64,000 bases of DNA from a virus, in the IMG/VR virus record IMGVR_UViG_3300035684_000001, positions 124,554 to 188,553 of that record. The stretch is one strand, 5' to 3'. The notes below the pieces were generated by a model. That model searched no databases and had not been told where the DNA came from. It was given only the letters and a program-made list of their open reading frames with translations. Positions 50,482 through 59,947 of the stretch are shown one piece after another. Position numbers and translations under genes: made by a program. The stretch's first letter is position 1; every line of letters starts with the position of its first letter.

Positions 50482-50837
50482 AAATGATTTACTTCACAGC
50501 ATTTTCTAAATGGGAATTTCAGTTTGGCGAACTTCAGTCGATCACCAAGTATATAAATACTGCAAGTCAATCCACCGCAATGATGGGTATATGTATTCGT
50601 TTTCCACGAATATCCCATGATAAATTAGTGACTAGAGGTGTATCGATCGGAAGGCTGGAGTTTTCGAGTCAGATCACCCGGATCTTTTCATTACGATTTT
50701 GGAGCGGACGCGGGTGATCGGACATTGAGCGCACCGCATCCAACTCCCGAAAAAGCTTGGCTAGCTGCTGAAAAGTTTTTGGAAAATTGAAAAAGTGGGC
50801 GATCGGAATAGCAATTTAAACTTTATTTGGTATCAAA

Positions 50838-51326
50838 ATGAAAATCCTAAACAGGTTAAACACTTCTTTCAAGGACAAACAAGAGATAACACTAGATCTT
50901 GATGGATCGCAACTGAACGCAATCGTAGGGCAGAACTGTTCGGGCAAAACTTACGTCTTGAAAACTATAGCGCTTGAATTTAGTGGGTCTTACCACAAAC
51001 TCAGTTTTGCAGATCTTAGTAAAAATGTTAAGACAATTCCTTGGAGTGTTGATCAGGAACAAGTTCAAAGCGATGGTGGCTATTTGTGTAATGTACTTAG
51101 TTATATTTCTGAAAATGCGCCGAATAATTTTAGCTTTTTGCAAAATTGCTTGATCCGAATTATCCCTAATGTAGAAGCTGTATCAGTACACCCCTTTGAG
51201 GGGGGTACTGAAATCCAATTTAAAACAAAAAATATCGCGTGTATCCTAGTACGGGCGAAAGTTACAAGCAAATTGGGAATTCGGTTTGTGTATCGGTGGT
51301 GGAGGCGATCGCGCAAGAGATACTAA
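50838..51326 (+). pseudogene. Truncated AAA/ABC-type ATPase
   Basis: Walker A GQNCSGKT is present, but there is no Walker B or C-terminal half. Confidence 0.55.
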
Positions 51327-51424
51327 GTCAAAATTTGTTGTCAAGTTGAAACAATTTGGCGATCTAAATAAACCTTTACAGGTTTTATTGTGCTAAGCTT
51401 AAATAGTAAAAATCAACAAAAACA

Positions 51425-51805
51425 ATGACACGCAAAAACATCGAAAATCAATTAGCGATATCAGGGCTTACTTTAGCAAGTGTTCGTAATTTTTTCCAAT
51501 CTCCGCCCCCTACCTATTTGAACAAGGAACAGGCGGTATGCTACATTCTCTCGGTCTTGTTACAAAGGGATTCCTATGGAACGGAATTGACGAGTCACTT
51601 GGAAGAAAATTTTCCTACTTATCGTCTTTCGGATACGGTACTTTATAGTGCGTTAATTTTTCTTGAGAAAGAAGGGATAACGATCGCCTACTGGAAAAAA
51701 ACAGAAGGGCGCGGGCGACCGCGCCGAATGTACAGTATAGCAGCACAATGGCGGGAAGAAGCTCGGGTACTAGCTCATTTTTGGAACACACAGCACAATC
51801 AATAA
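51425..51805 (+). CDS. pex: Pex (circadian period extender) homolog, PadR family
   Basis: FFQSPPPTYLNKEQAVCYILSVLL..DSYGTEL..HLE...YRLSDTVLYSAL.FLE.EG...YWKK.EGRGRPRRMY matches my recollection of cyanobacterial Pex almost residue for residue. Confidence 0.85.
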   Translation: MTRKNIENQLAISGLTLASVRNFFQSPPPTYLNKEQAVCYILSVLLQRDSYGTELTSHLEENFPTYRLSDTVLYSALIFLEKEGITIAYWKKTEGRGRPRRMYSIAAQWREEARVLAHFWNTQHNQ

Positions 51806-52183
51806 AATCAATGAATTCATCCCACCCAGTCAAGCTAAACTTTCTGAAACTCTTGAAACAGTTCAAAGATTACAGACACAAATAAAACATGAAATCAGAT
51901 TAGAAAGTATCTCAATGGAATGTGATGGATTTACTGTCTTCTGGACAAGGAAAATGATGGAAATCTGGTAAAATACTACGTCAACCCACGTGTAGAAATA
52001 CCGGGCAATTTCATGATTAATCGGTACAATCCAGATGCGTTCGATCTCCCTTGCTTTTTATTGTGGTTACAGACGATCGATTCTAATGATTGGGTAGAGA
52101 TCGATAGCTATTAATATTGAATCAATCCCAAAAGCCTTTCAGCTTTTAGCTGAGGGGCTTTTGTTTGCGTATCACCACAACTT

Positions 52184-52711
52184 GTGATACCATCAAAACA
52201 AAATGGATTTCTACCCATATATCTAATGACATACATTTACCCTGCCGCATATACCGCCGAACAGTTAGAAAAAATTTCTAACATAGTCCTCCTAACGGAC
52301 GTGGCTGCTGAAGACAAAGGCATTGAAGATTTATCGCCTTTCACCGAGCTCACGCGAATAGATCGTCTGTGGTTGAAAGGTAATAAAATTAGCGATCTCA
52401 GCCCGCTGACATCGCTAACCAAAATGGTACATTTAGATCTGAGAAAAAATAAAATAGTCAATCTCGCTCCACTGGCAGCGTTGACGAGATTGACTTGGCT
52501 TTACCTTGACGACAATCAAATTGTCGATCTTACACCGTTAGGTTCGTTAACCAACCTAACACGGCTAGATCTTATAAATAATAAAATTACGAGCCTCAAG
52601 CCATTAAGCTCGCTGCCCAACTTAGCCGAGCTTTTCATCACAGGAAATGACATTAGCCCGGAGGAAAAAAGCTCGTTTCAGAAAGCGCTGCCAAATTGCA
52701 TCATGCAGTAA
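52184..52711 (+). CDS. Leucine-rich repeat protein 4
   Basis: L.L..NKISDLSPL..LT repeats; C-cap FQKALPNCIM; flanked by hairpins at 52129-52163 and 52737-52767. Confidence 0.9.
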   Translation: MIPSKQNGFLPIYLMTYIYPAAYTAEQLEKISNIVLLTDVAAEDKGIEDLSPFTELTRIDRLWLKGNKISDLSPLTSLTKMVHLDLRKNKIVNLAPLAALTRLTWLYLDDNQIVDLTPLGSLTNLTRLDLINNKITSLKPLSSLPNLAELFITGNDISPEEKSSFQKALPNCIMQ

Positions 52712-53150
52712 GCCTTTGTACCCACAATATTTCACGAAAAAGCCCAGCAAACAATTGCTGGGCTTTTGTTGTGGGCGATCGCCCGAATCAGCTATTTCTG
52801 CTATGGATTACTGCGGCAATTCAGTCGAGCAGTTAGCCTGTACTGTACCCGCCAGAACAAATCTGTCTGCCTCGCCTTCCCGATCGCGCGAAATTTCCCC
52901 AACAATCTCAGCGCGATACCGACCGAAAAAATTCAGACAAACGCCGTCCGCAAAATCCCAGCGCCCTTGGCGACCTACTTGCCAGCACCTAACAGCTCCA
53001 CCGGGCAAAGGTTTTTGCCAGCAATTAGTGAATCGGTGGCGATCGGGATGAGAGTATCGTCCGTTTAATTTCACTTCCTCTTCTAAGGAAGACTTTTTTG
53101 CTGGTTCAAAAACTCTAACCTCGACTAATTTGCGATTTTTCATGTGTTTG

Positions 53151-53636
53151 TCACCTTGTCTTGCCGCTCCGCTGAAACTCCCGGACAACAAAACCCAAAA
53201 ATTTAGGGTTTTGATCACAAAGTTTTACAAACCGATCGGGTACAGAGGTAAAACCTAGTTGCACCAGCCATTCAGTCAAGAAAAAGACAGCATATCCGAG
53301 CCAAAACAATTTAGGGGCTACGTCACCGTTTTCGACAAACCCTTCTGTGTACATGAAAGAAGTGCCGCTACTATCAACGTATTTCACTATGTGGATAGTT
53401 CCACGAACACCATCACAGTTGAACGCTAACGATTCTCTGCCTACCTCTTGCATTGTACCGATCGGGCGATCATGTTTAAATGCGTCGTACATTTCAACTC
53501 TTAATGCCTTCATACGCTCTAATTTTTTAGTCAATCGTTCTGTTTCCGCCTTTATACTTTCCTTTTCTATCTTCAGACATTCTTTTTTTACACGTAGCTG
53601 TAAGTTTTCAATCAAAAGTTCAACGAAGTTAGTCAT
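53151..53636 (-). CDS. Hypothetical coiled-coil protein
   Basis: 161-aa ORF. Confidence 0.5.
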   Translation of the reverse strand: MTNFVELLIENLQLRVKKECLKIEKESIKAETERLTKKLERMKALRVEMYDAFKHDRPIGTMQEVGRESLAFNCDGVRGTIHIVKYVDSSGTSFMYTEGFVENGDVAPKLFWLGYAVFFLTEWLVQLGFTSVPDRFVKLCDQNPKFLGFVVREFQRSGKTR

Positions 53637-53708
53637 ATTGTCTCTCTATTTTTTGCATTTTTAGATAACTAAATCTCGCGTGTACGATGCGCGACCCCGA
53701 GCTCGCCT

Positions 53709-54383
53709 CTAAACTACTAACTCTTCATCTTTTGAATCTAAGTCAATCCCATTGCATTCTAATTGTCGATATAAATCAAAATTTTCCCATTGTCCTGTGA
53801 GTTTACCACCAAGTCTAAGCGGATCTATACTCCAGCCTGCACCAACTGTCCAAAACAATCCAGCTTTTTTGCCATGCCAGTCTAATTGCCAACTTTTTAA
53901 ATCATCGAAATTAGAAATTAACTTGTCAAACTTAATCCCGATCGCCACAAGTTCTTTTTGAATAAGCAAAAATTGTCGGTACTGTTTGACGCGCTCTCCG
54001 AAAATTGCAGCAACATTTTCAATTGCATCAAAATCCAGATTAAGTTTCTTATTGATTTTAACGTAATCGCTAGGTGCTGCAAACGCTTCTACAGAATTGG
54101 GTTCGTGTAATACCATCTCTCCAATTCTAGCATCCCACTTTGATCGCCATTCCGCCGCTTCAAACTTTGCGTCAATTTCACTTTTGAAAATTGCAACTTG
54201 ATCTGGACTAAGTTTGTTTAGCATTTCAATCGTCCGCCCAACCTGCCAGAGAACAGATTTGTGCATTGTTTCAGTAGCTTTCAGCAAATCGTGACGCTCT
54301 TGTAATTGATCGAGTTGGTTCTGAAGCGTAGCAATTTTAGATTCAGATTGAGCAATCAAGTCAGTCATTTTTGAGTCAGTCAT
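53709..54383 (-). CDS. Hypothetical coiled-coil protein
   Basis: 224-aa ORF. Confidence 0.6.
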   Translation of the reverse strand: MTDSKMTDLIAQSESKIATLQNQLDQLQERHDLLKATETMHKSVLWQVGRTIEMLNKLSPDQVAIFKSEIDAKFEAAEWRSKWDARIGEMVLHEPNSVEAFAAPSDYVKINKKLNLDFDAIENVAAIFGERVKQYRQFLLIQKELVAIGIKFDKLISNFDDLKSWQLDWHGKKAGLFWTVGAGWSIDPLRLGGKLTGQWENFDLYRQLECNGIDLDSKDEELVV

Positions 54384-54440
54384 TGTTTTTTAGTTGTGTG
54401 TGTTTACTCGCGTGTAGGATGCGCGCCCCCAATATCGATT

Positions 54441-54773
54441 CTAGAAAAGAACAGGGTCTGTATCAGGAACCTCTTCACCTGTCACAACTTTGTTGGACAG
54501 CGCTTCACTGGAAAGTGGTGCTTCGTTAAACAGAAGATCGATTGGAATACCTGGGAACTTAGCGTAAAGCTTTTTCCGGTCTTCGTCGTCAAAGATTGAT
54601 AGATGCGGACGTTCAATACCGTACTCTTCTCCAACGCCGATACTTGTACCTAAATAGACTAAGGTGCGAAACCTTTTGTCGTATATACTCTGTTCATTCC
54701 AACAAATATCAGAAACGAGATTCATGTCGATCGTCCTGCCTAGCGATGGAAGATGTAACCAATCTTTGCTCAT
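54441..54773 (-). CDS. Hypothetical protein
   Basis: 110-aa ORF coupled to 54770..55033. Confidence 0.55.
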   Translation of the reverse strand: MSKDWLHLPSLGRTIDMNLVSDICWNEQSIYDKRFRTLVYLGTSIGVGEEYGIERPHLSIFDDEDRKKLYAKFPGIPIDLLFNEAPLSSEALSNKVVTGEEVPDTDPVLF

Positions 54774-55033
54774 AGAATTTGCTTTTTGCTTTGTGTTTCT
54801 CTACTCGTAGTATCTACCATGCAAGATACACTGTCAAGGTGATTTTGAAAGATTTTCCTTAAATAGTCCGCTTTGCTTACCCCGTCTGGGATTGAGGCTT
54901 CTAGCGCGGTTGACAAATCCGTATCCAACCAAACTTCCCATTTGACCCGCCTGCACCTGTAGGCAACGATCGCCGTTTGCTGCGCTTGTTTTCCTTTTTC
55001 CGTCCGCTTGTACCGCTTTTGCTTAGTTTCCAC
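54770..55033 (-). CDS. Small basic DNA-binding protein
   Basis: QKRYKRTEKGKQAQ basic helix plus an RHH-like C-terminus. Confidence 0.5.
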   Translation of the reverse strand: METKQKRYKRTEKGKQAQQTAIVAYRCRRVKWEVWLDTDLSTALEASIPDGVSKADYLRKIFQNHLDSVSCMVDTTSRETQSKKQIL

Positions 55034-55059
55034 GCTATTACCTTGACATTACATATTAC

Positions 55060-55455
55060 ATGATATACGCTAGCATAGTAATAGATGTCAGATTACCACA
55101 AAACAAAAACTTGAATATGGCAACTCTAACTACAAGCGATTATGTCAACCACTGGCTCAAAGATGCTCAGGAAATGCAAGGCGAGTACGACGATTGCAAA
55201 ACAATCTCTCAGGCGATCGTCCGCTATACCCAAATACTTGAAACCGAAAGGGCGATCGGGCTTCGGATTGATCCAACCGATACCGACTATTTTTTGGAGT
55301 TTATTCAGCAGGCTAAGCACTTATCAAAACTTTGGAAAGAAAGTAGTCAAGATAACAATAAATTTTTGGAGCTAGTGCGATCGCAGTCTCTGGGTTTTTG
55401 TGAAGAATTAGCGGAGATTCTTGTCTCTGGCAATTTCAATGAACTCTGTTTCTAA
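55060..55455 (+). CDS. Hypothetical protein
   Basis: ORF; start is probably the internal MATLTT. Confidence 0.5.
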   Translation: MIYASIVIDVRLPQNKNLNMATLTTSDYVNHWLKDAQEMQGEYDDCKTISQAIVRYTQILETERAIGLRIDPTDTDYFLEFIQQAKHLSKLWKESSQDNNKFLELVRSQSLGFCEELAEILVSGNFNELCF

Positions 55456-55801
55456 TTAGTAGAGTTCACGATAACTTCGCAATCGCCCAAAAACTTAAAC
55501 CTGCCCCGTGCTTTAAAAAAAAGCACGGGGCAGGTTTTTGACGATCGCTCACTTTTCAAAACAGGTATATTTTTTCCACGTATAACAAGCACGATCGTCG
55601 TCGTTATCCGAATTCCAATACTCCCACCCTTTCGGAATACTTTTGATTCCGAATTTCGACCATCCCCTTGGGCGATTGCAGCGGTGAAAACTGCCGTCTG
55701 CATTCTCGACTGCATAGTCATCGCCAATTCACCGCTTGTGTCGTTGACACTCACTCGGCCTAAAGTATATTATAAAAAATAACTTTACAAATCAAAACCA
55801 A

Positions 55802-56464
55802 ATGAAAATCGTAAAATTGCTCAACGACAGCGGCGTGTTAATCAGCAAAAAACTAGCTGACACAATAGCAGCTTTTAAGTTCCATAACTGCGGAAGTATT
55901 GACGAGTTAGCAAGCGATTTTGTTAAAAAGTTGGTAAAATTCACCAAAGAAGCGTTGCAAGACTCCGAGAATTTCTACCAGGACGACGATTACCCCCGTA
56001 AAATTTACAACCTTATTTCCGAAGATGCTGCTTCCCGTGAACTGCAAGACGCGATCGACAAAATAGAAGATGATTTGCATGAATGGAAAGTCGGAGACGA
56101 GCTTGACAATTTGATTGTCGAAATTATTGCCTGCACGGTTGAATCTACGACACACAGCAGTGATTTAAAACAACCACATCTATGTCAGTCATTACCTAAT
56201 ACTGAGGAAAACAGCGTCCTCTTAACAGTAGAGGGTTCTCAAGAGTATATTGAACAACTTGTATCTTCCATCAAATCAGAAGATTTAAAAAAATTAAGCG
56301 ATTTTCCCATCCTAGATGTTCAAATCTTGAGTAAAAATTCAGAGAAAAGTGAAGATGAAATAAAAAAGCCCCCAACACTAGAACAGCTAATGGAGGGAGT
56401 TACGGCAGAAAATATGCACTCAGAAACAGATTGGGGTTCTCCCGTTGGCAAAGAGATATGGTAA
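55802..56464 (+). CDS. Chimeric protein ending in a MazE-type antitoxin tail
   Basis: C-terminus PTLEQLMEGVTAENMHSETDWGSPVGKEIW. Confidence 0.65.
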   Translation: MKIVKLLNDSGVLISKKLADTIAAFKFHNCGSIDELASDFVKKLVKFTKEALQDSENFYQDDDYPRKIYNLISEDAASRELQDAIDKIEDDLHEWKVGDELDNLIVEIIACTVESTTHSSDLKQPHLCQSLPNTEENSVLLTVEGSQEYIEQLVSSIKSEDLKKLSDFPILDVQILSKNSEKSEDEIKKPPTLEQLMEGVTAENMHSETDWGSPVGKEIW

Positions 56465-56483
56465 TCAACAAATAATTCACAAC

Positions 56484-56949
56484 TTGACACTCCCCAGCCT
56501 AAAGGCGTGGGGATTTTTAATTCAGCGACTGACCTTAAAATTGACTATCCTTACGGCATTACTTAAACCAAATACCCGTTCAATTGAACCAAGTATCGAG
56601 CCTAACTTAGACAATCCCAGCGGGTCTATCTCCAAAAGCGTACTAGAATATTTATCTAGAGTTTGGGTATGCCCTACCCTACTGTACAGACGTTCTGCCA
56701 GAACGTCTCTAAATAGTTTGTTTTTGCTGGTTTAAGGCTTACTGAATTCAGCCTCTAGCTGTTTAAAGAGTTTTCGCTGCTCTGCGTCCAACAATTTATG
56801 CCTAAAAGTGTGTCTCATGTCCTGTTTCACGATGGCACAGGAGTTTAACCTTGACTACTCTAGTATACTAGAAATTTCCTGACTTTTAGGAAGGGATTTA
56901 AGAAATTAAAGCCGTCCTAGAAGGACAGGGTTTTAAACCCAGATTTTTG
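56484..56949 (-). mobile_element. Non-autonomous IS200/IS605-family miniature element (about 466 bp)
   Basis: Left end CAAAAATCTGGGTTTAAAACCCTGTCCTTCTAGGACGGCTTT preceded by TTTAT; right end AATCCCCACGCCTTTAGGCTGGGGAGTGTCAA; no intact tnpA or tnpB. Confidence 0.75.
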
Positions 56950-57537
56950 ATAAAGAAGACAAATGAAAACCTCGAAACTTTGACCTCGCCCACCCAATAT
57001 CGCTTAAAGACCAAGAATGGTTCTAAACGCATACAATGCCCACAAGAGACAAAATTAGACATTTGTCTCCGCTAGATGAAACAAAACCACACATTAAACG
57101 ATGAAAAAGAATTAGCTCCGGGCAATCAGATTATTGACGATACAGGACGGACGATCGCCCATCCATAAAAAACCCGCAGTCTCTCAATCTTGCGGGTTTC
57201 TGATTTCGGTTGGCTTTGTCGGTTGTCTGGTAATCAGCATTGTAACACCGATCGCCCGCAACCCAAAACAAACCCGGGCGATCGGTTCAATCAGCGTTCA
57301 AATTGCTTGACACACTTATTTGTACCTAGTAATATATTTATCGGAAAAGCGCATAGTTCGCTTACCAAAATCAAAAAATCCAACAAAATTCGCCAAAACC
57401 CGCTATGAAAAAAGCAAACGACAAAACTCTTGAAACAATAATAACAAGTTCAAGAATAAATTAAAATCGGCAAATCCGGCGACGGCAACAATGTTTTACA
57501 GCGACGAATTAAAGTTATTTCAGTTCGTCGCTAAATT

Positions 57538-58092
57538 TTAAACAAATAAATTTTGTGAAAGAAGTAATCGCTGTTTCTCTCTTTTTACGTGACACGGCAC
57601 ACAGACGCATTGAACGTCTAAATGGTTGACGCCAGCGTAACCTTTGTAGTGATCGTATTCATGCTTGCGATCGCCCCCAATATGCCCGCAATCAAAACAA
57701 GACAAAGTTTTGGCAGCGGGGATCTTTCTACAAGCTACAGCATAATTCACCTTGTTTCTGGCTTGCCGCTTGTCACCATCTCTTGACGGTTTAGAGCGAC
57801 CCGGTTTCCGCTGTTCGACAGGTTTGTACCTAGCTTTGTCAAACGATCGCCGACATTCCCTACAAATCTTATCTTTGTCGTCGTGCGCGCTTCTGTTTTG
57901 GTTGAAATTGTGAATGTTCTGCCACGATTGACAAACTGAACACCATTTCAGGTTTAGATTGATCTTTTCTAAATAGTCTTCAATCGGTATTCCAAGCCGT
58001 TTTGCAGCCGACTTTCTTGCAGCTAAATATCTGTCGCTTAATACTACTTGAGGCATATTTTTTGAGTATATAAAAAATAACGTGCGGAACAC
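57538..58092 (-). CDS. HNH-type endonuclease with Zn ribbons
   Basis: KWCSVC...ICREC; CFDCG...EYDHYKGY...VCVPCH. Confidence 0.7.
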   Translation of the reverse strand: MFRTLFFIYSKNMPQVVLSDRYLAARKSAAKRLGIPIEDYLEKINLNLKWCSVCQSWQNIHNFNQNRSAHDDKDKICRECRRSFDKARYKPVEQRKPGRSKPSRDGDKRQARNKVNYAVACRKIPAAKTLSCFDCGHIGGDRKHEYDHYKGYAGVNHLDVQCVCVPCHVKREKQRLLLSQNLFV

Positions 58093-58159
58093 CCGTCAAT
58101 GAAACTTCTGACCGAGGCTAGCACAAATCTCCGGTTCTACTAGAATGATCGGCGGGCGA

Positions 58160-58573
58160 TCAACCGTCCATCCAATCGTCGAGTTCGACACCATAGCGCT
58201 TCTTGAACTGTTTCCGCACCGCCGCCAGCCACTCATCATACTCTCGCTGCGCCGGCACATCCAACTTGTGCGCTTCTTCGTCCGTGAAAGGATTAAGCTC
58301 AATCCGAAAAATCAATTTCCGGAAACCCTTAGAAAAAATGAAAGCCTGGTTGATTTCAAGTTCTTTCGCTTCCGGATCGGAAAAAGTATTCCATACTGTC
58401 ATCATCGCCCAGCGTTTTTCCCACTCCCGATTACCAACATCCGGAACTTGTATCTGCTCGGTCTTTTTTAACACCTCCCGATCGCCCGTGGCGTCATCCG
58501 GCGGACGGTGTTTAAACTCTACTTCAAAAGTGCGCGTCGGAATGCGGAGCTGCCGAAATCCTTTTACTGGCAT
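58160..58573 (-). CDS. Hypothetical protein
   Basis: 137-aa ORF with plausible composition. Confidence 0.5.
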   Translation of the reverse strand: MPVKGFRQLRIPTRTFEVEFKHRPPDDATGDREVLKKTEQIQVPDVGNREWEKRWAMMTVWNTFSDPEAKELEINQAFIFSKGFRKLIFRIELNPFTDEEAHKLDVPAQREYDEWLAAVRKQFKKRYGVELDDWMDG

Positions 58574-58662
58574 AAGGTTTAAATTTGCTTGTGTTCAGTG
58601 GGTAATGTTCAGCTAGGCAGAATTTGAGGCTGCGGGCGATCGTCCCTAACAGCAATTCGGCA

Positions 58663-59523
58663 TTACTTTTTTGTTCTTAATTTCGATCCAATCCCTTCTA
58701 CGTTAGTCCAAATTTTCCCTATATTGATAAGATAAATAGTCTGACTAGAAACACCAAACTTCTCTCCAATCTCTTTGAACGTCATGTTTCCTTCGATTAA
58801 TAAATCTCGAATCTCTTTAACTTGGTCTACGTTCAATTTAATGTTATTATTAGACTGCCTAGAACCTCTTATTCTAGATCCAACTCCTTCTATATTAGTC
58901 GAACTTCCACTTTTATTGATAAGTCCAATAGTTTGAGGAGAAACATTAAAAATTTCACCAATTTGTTTCATCGTAAACTTCTCTTCAACCAAAAGATCTT
59001 TAATTTCCGCAACCTTAGTGTTGTCAAGCTTGATACTACCTGTTCTTTTTGTTTTTATTTTTAACCCTATTCCTTCCACCTGAGTCCAAGATTCTCCGTT
59101 ATTAATACGTCGGATTGTTTGACAAGAAACCCCAAACATCTTGGCAATTTGTTTGAATGTAAGTTTCCCTTCAACCAACAAGTCTCTAATCCGCTTGACC
59201 TCGACTTCACTAAGTTTAGAACCACTTGTCGCCGAATTCGTCGTTTGATTTCGTCTATTTTTGCCTAGGTAAAGATGATCGGGATTGATGCAAAGTAGGT
59301 TGTCACACCTGTGACAGACAAATCGATTTCCAGGGAGGTCGTCTTTGTATATCTTGTAGACTACACGAGCGAGTATACAAAATTTTCCGTCGATCATAAT
59401 CCTGGATCTACCAGCCGAGTCAGGTTTGTAGTCAGTTATCCAGCAATCATCTTTTGAGATAATATGAGCTTCGATGCGTTCTTTGACGGTCAGTTTGGGA
59501 GTAGCCATAAAAATAATATACAA
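58663..59523 (-). CDS. HNH homing endonuclease with three C-terminal HTH repeats
   Basis: VCHRCDNLLCINPDHLYLG; three copies of KL....V..I.DLL.E...T.K.I...F.VS.QTI..IN. Confidence 0.85.
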   Translation of the reverse strand: MYIIFMATPKLTVKERIEAHIISKDDCWITDYKPDSAGRSRIMIDGKFCILARVVYKIYKDDLPGNRFVCHRCDNLLCINPDHLYLGKNRRNQTTNSATSGSKLSEVEVKRIRDLLVEGKLTFKQIAKMFGVSCQTIRRINNGESWTQVEGIGLKIKTKRTGSIKLDNTKVAEIKDLLVEEKFTMKQIGEIFNVSPQTIGLINKSGSSTNIEGVGSRIRGSRQSNNNIKLNVDQVKEIRDLLIEGNMTFKEIGEKFGVSSQTIYLINIGKIWTNVEGIGSKLRTKK

Positions 59524-59651
59524 AAAAAAGAAGTTTCTATTTTAAATGTATATTGTCACCCAGAGAGTTCACTAATTGCGCTCAATAACATTCTACTTGA
59601 ATTTAGTTGTGCGGGTTTGTGGGGCGGGCGATCGGGCGATCAACAAGAAGT

Positions 59652-59686
59652 TTGGTCATTGGTCATTGGATTCTGGATTCTGGATT
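59652..59686. repeat. STRR-like heptamer tandem repeat
   Basis: TTGGTCA TTGGTCA TTGGATT CTGGATT CTGGATT, flanked by HIP1-containing inverted arms. Confidence 0.6.
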
Positions 59687-59947
59687 GTCCCGATCGCCCC
59701 GTCCACAGGCAAAATCTACAGCTATCCGGCAAACCTGTGATATCATCAAAACAAGAAGCCCCGCTATTCGACTAGCGGGGCTCCTCTAAATAACGTTCAC
59801 GGTTCAGAAAACGCTATCTCTCAAGCGAAAAACTCTAAGCTGATTATAGCACGATTTCACAAAAGTCAAGTTTTTCAAGAAAATCAGCGATTTGCGAGGG
59901 ATAGTCTAAAGCGTGAGCGAGTCAGCCAAACTCGTGGTATTTGTGTC

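Noticed and set aside
56455-56475. mazF toxin downstream of the MazE tail
   Set aside because: The ORF stops after five codons, and reconstructing the IS-free site does not restore a MazF frame.
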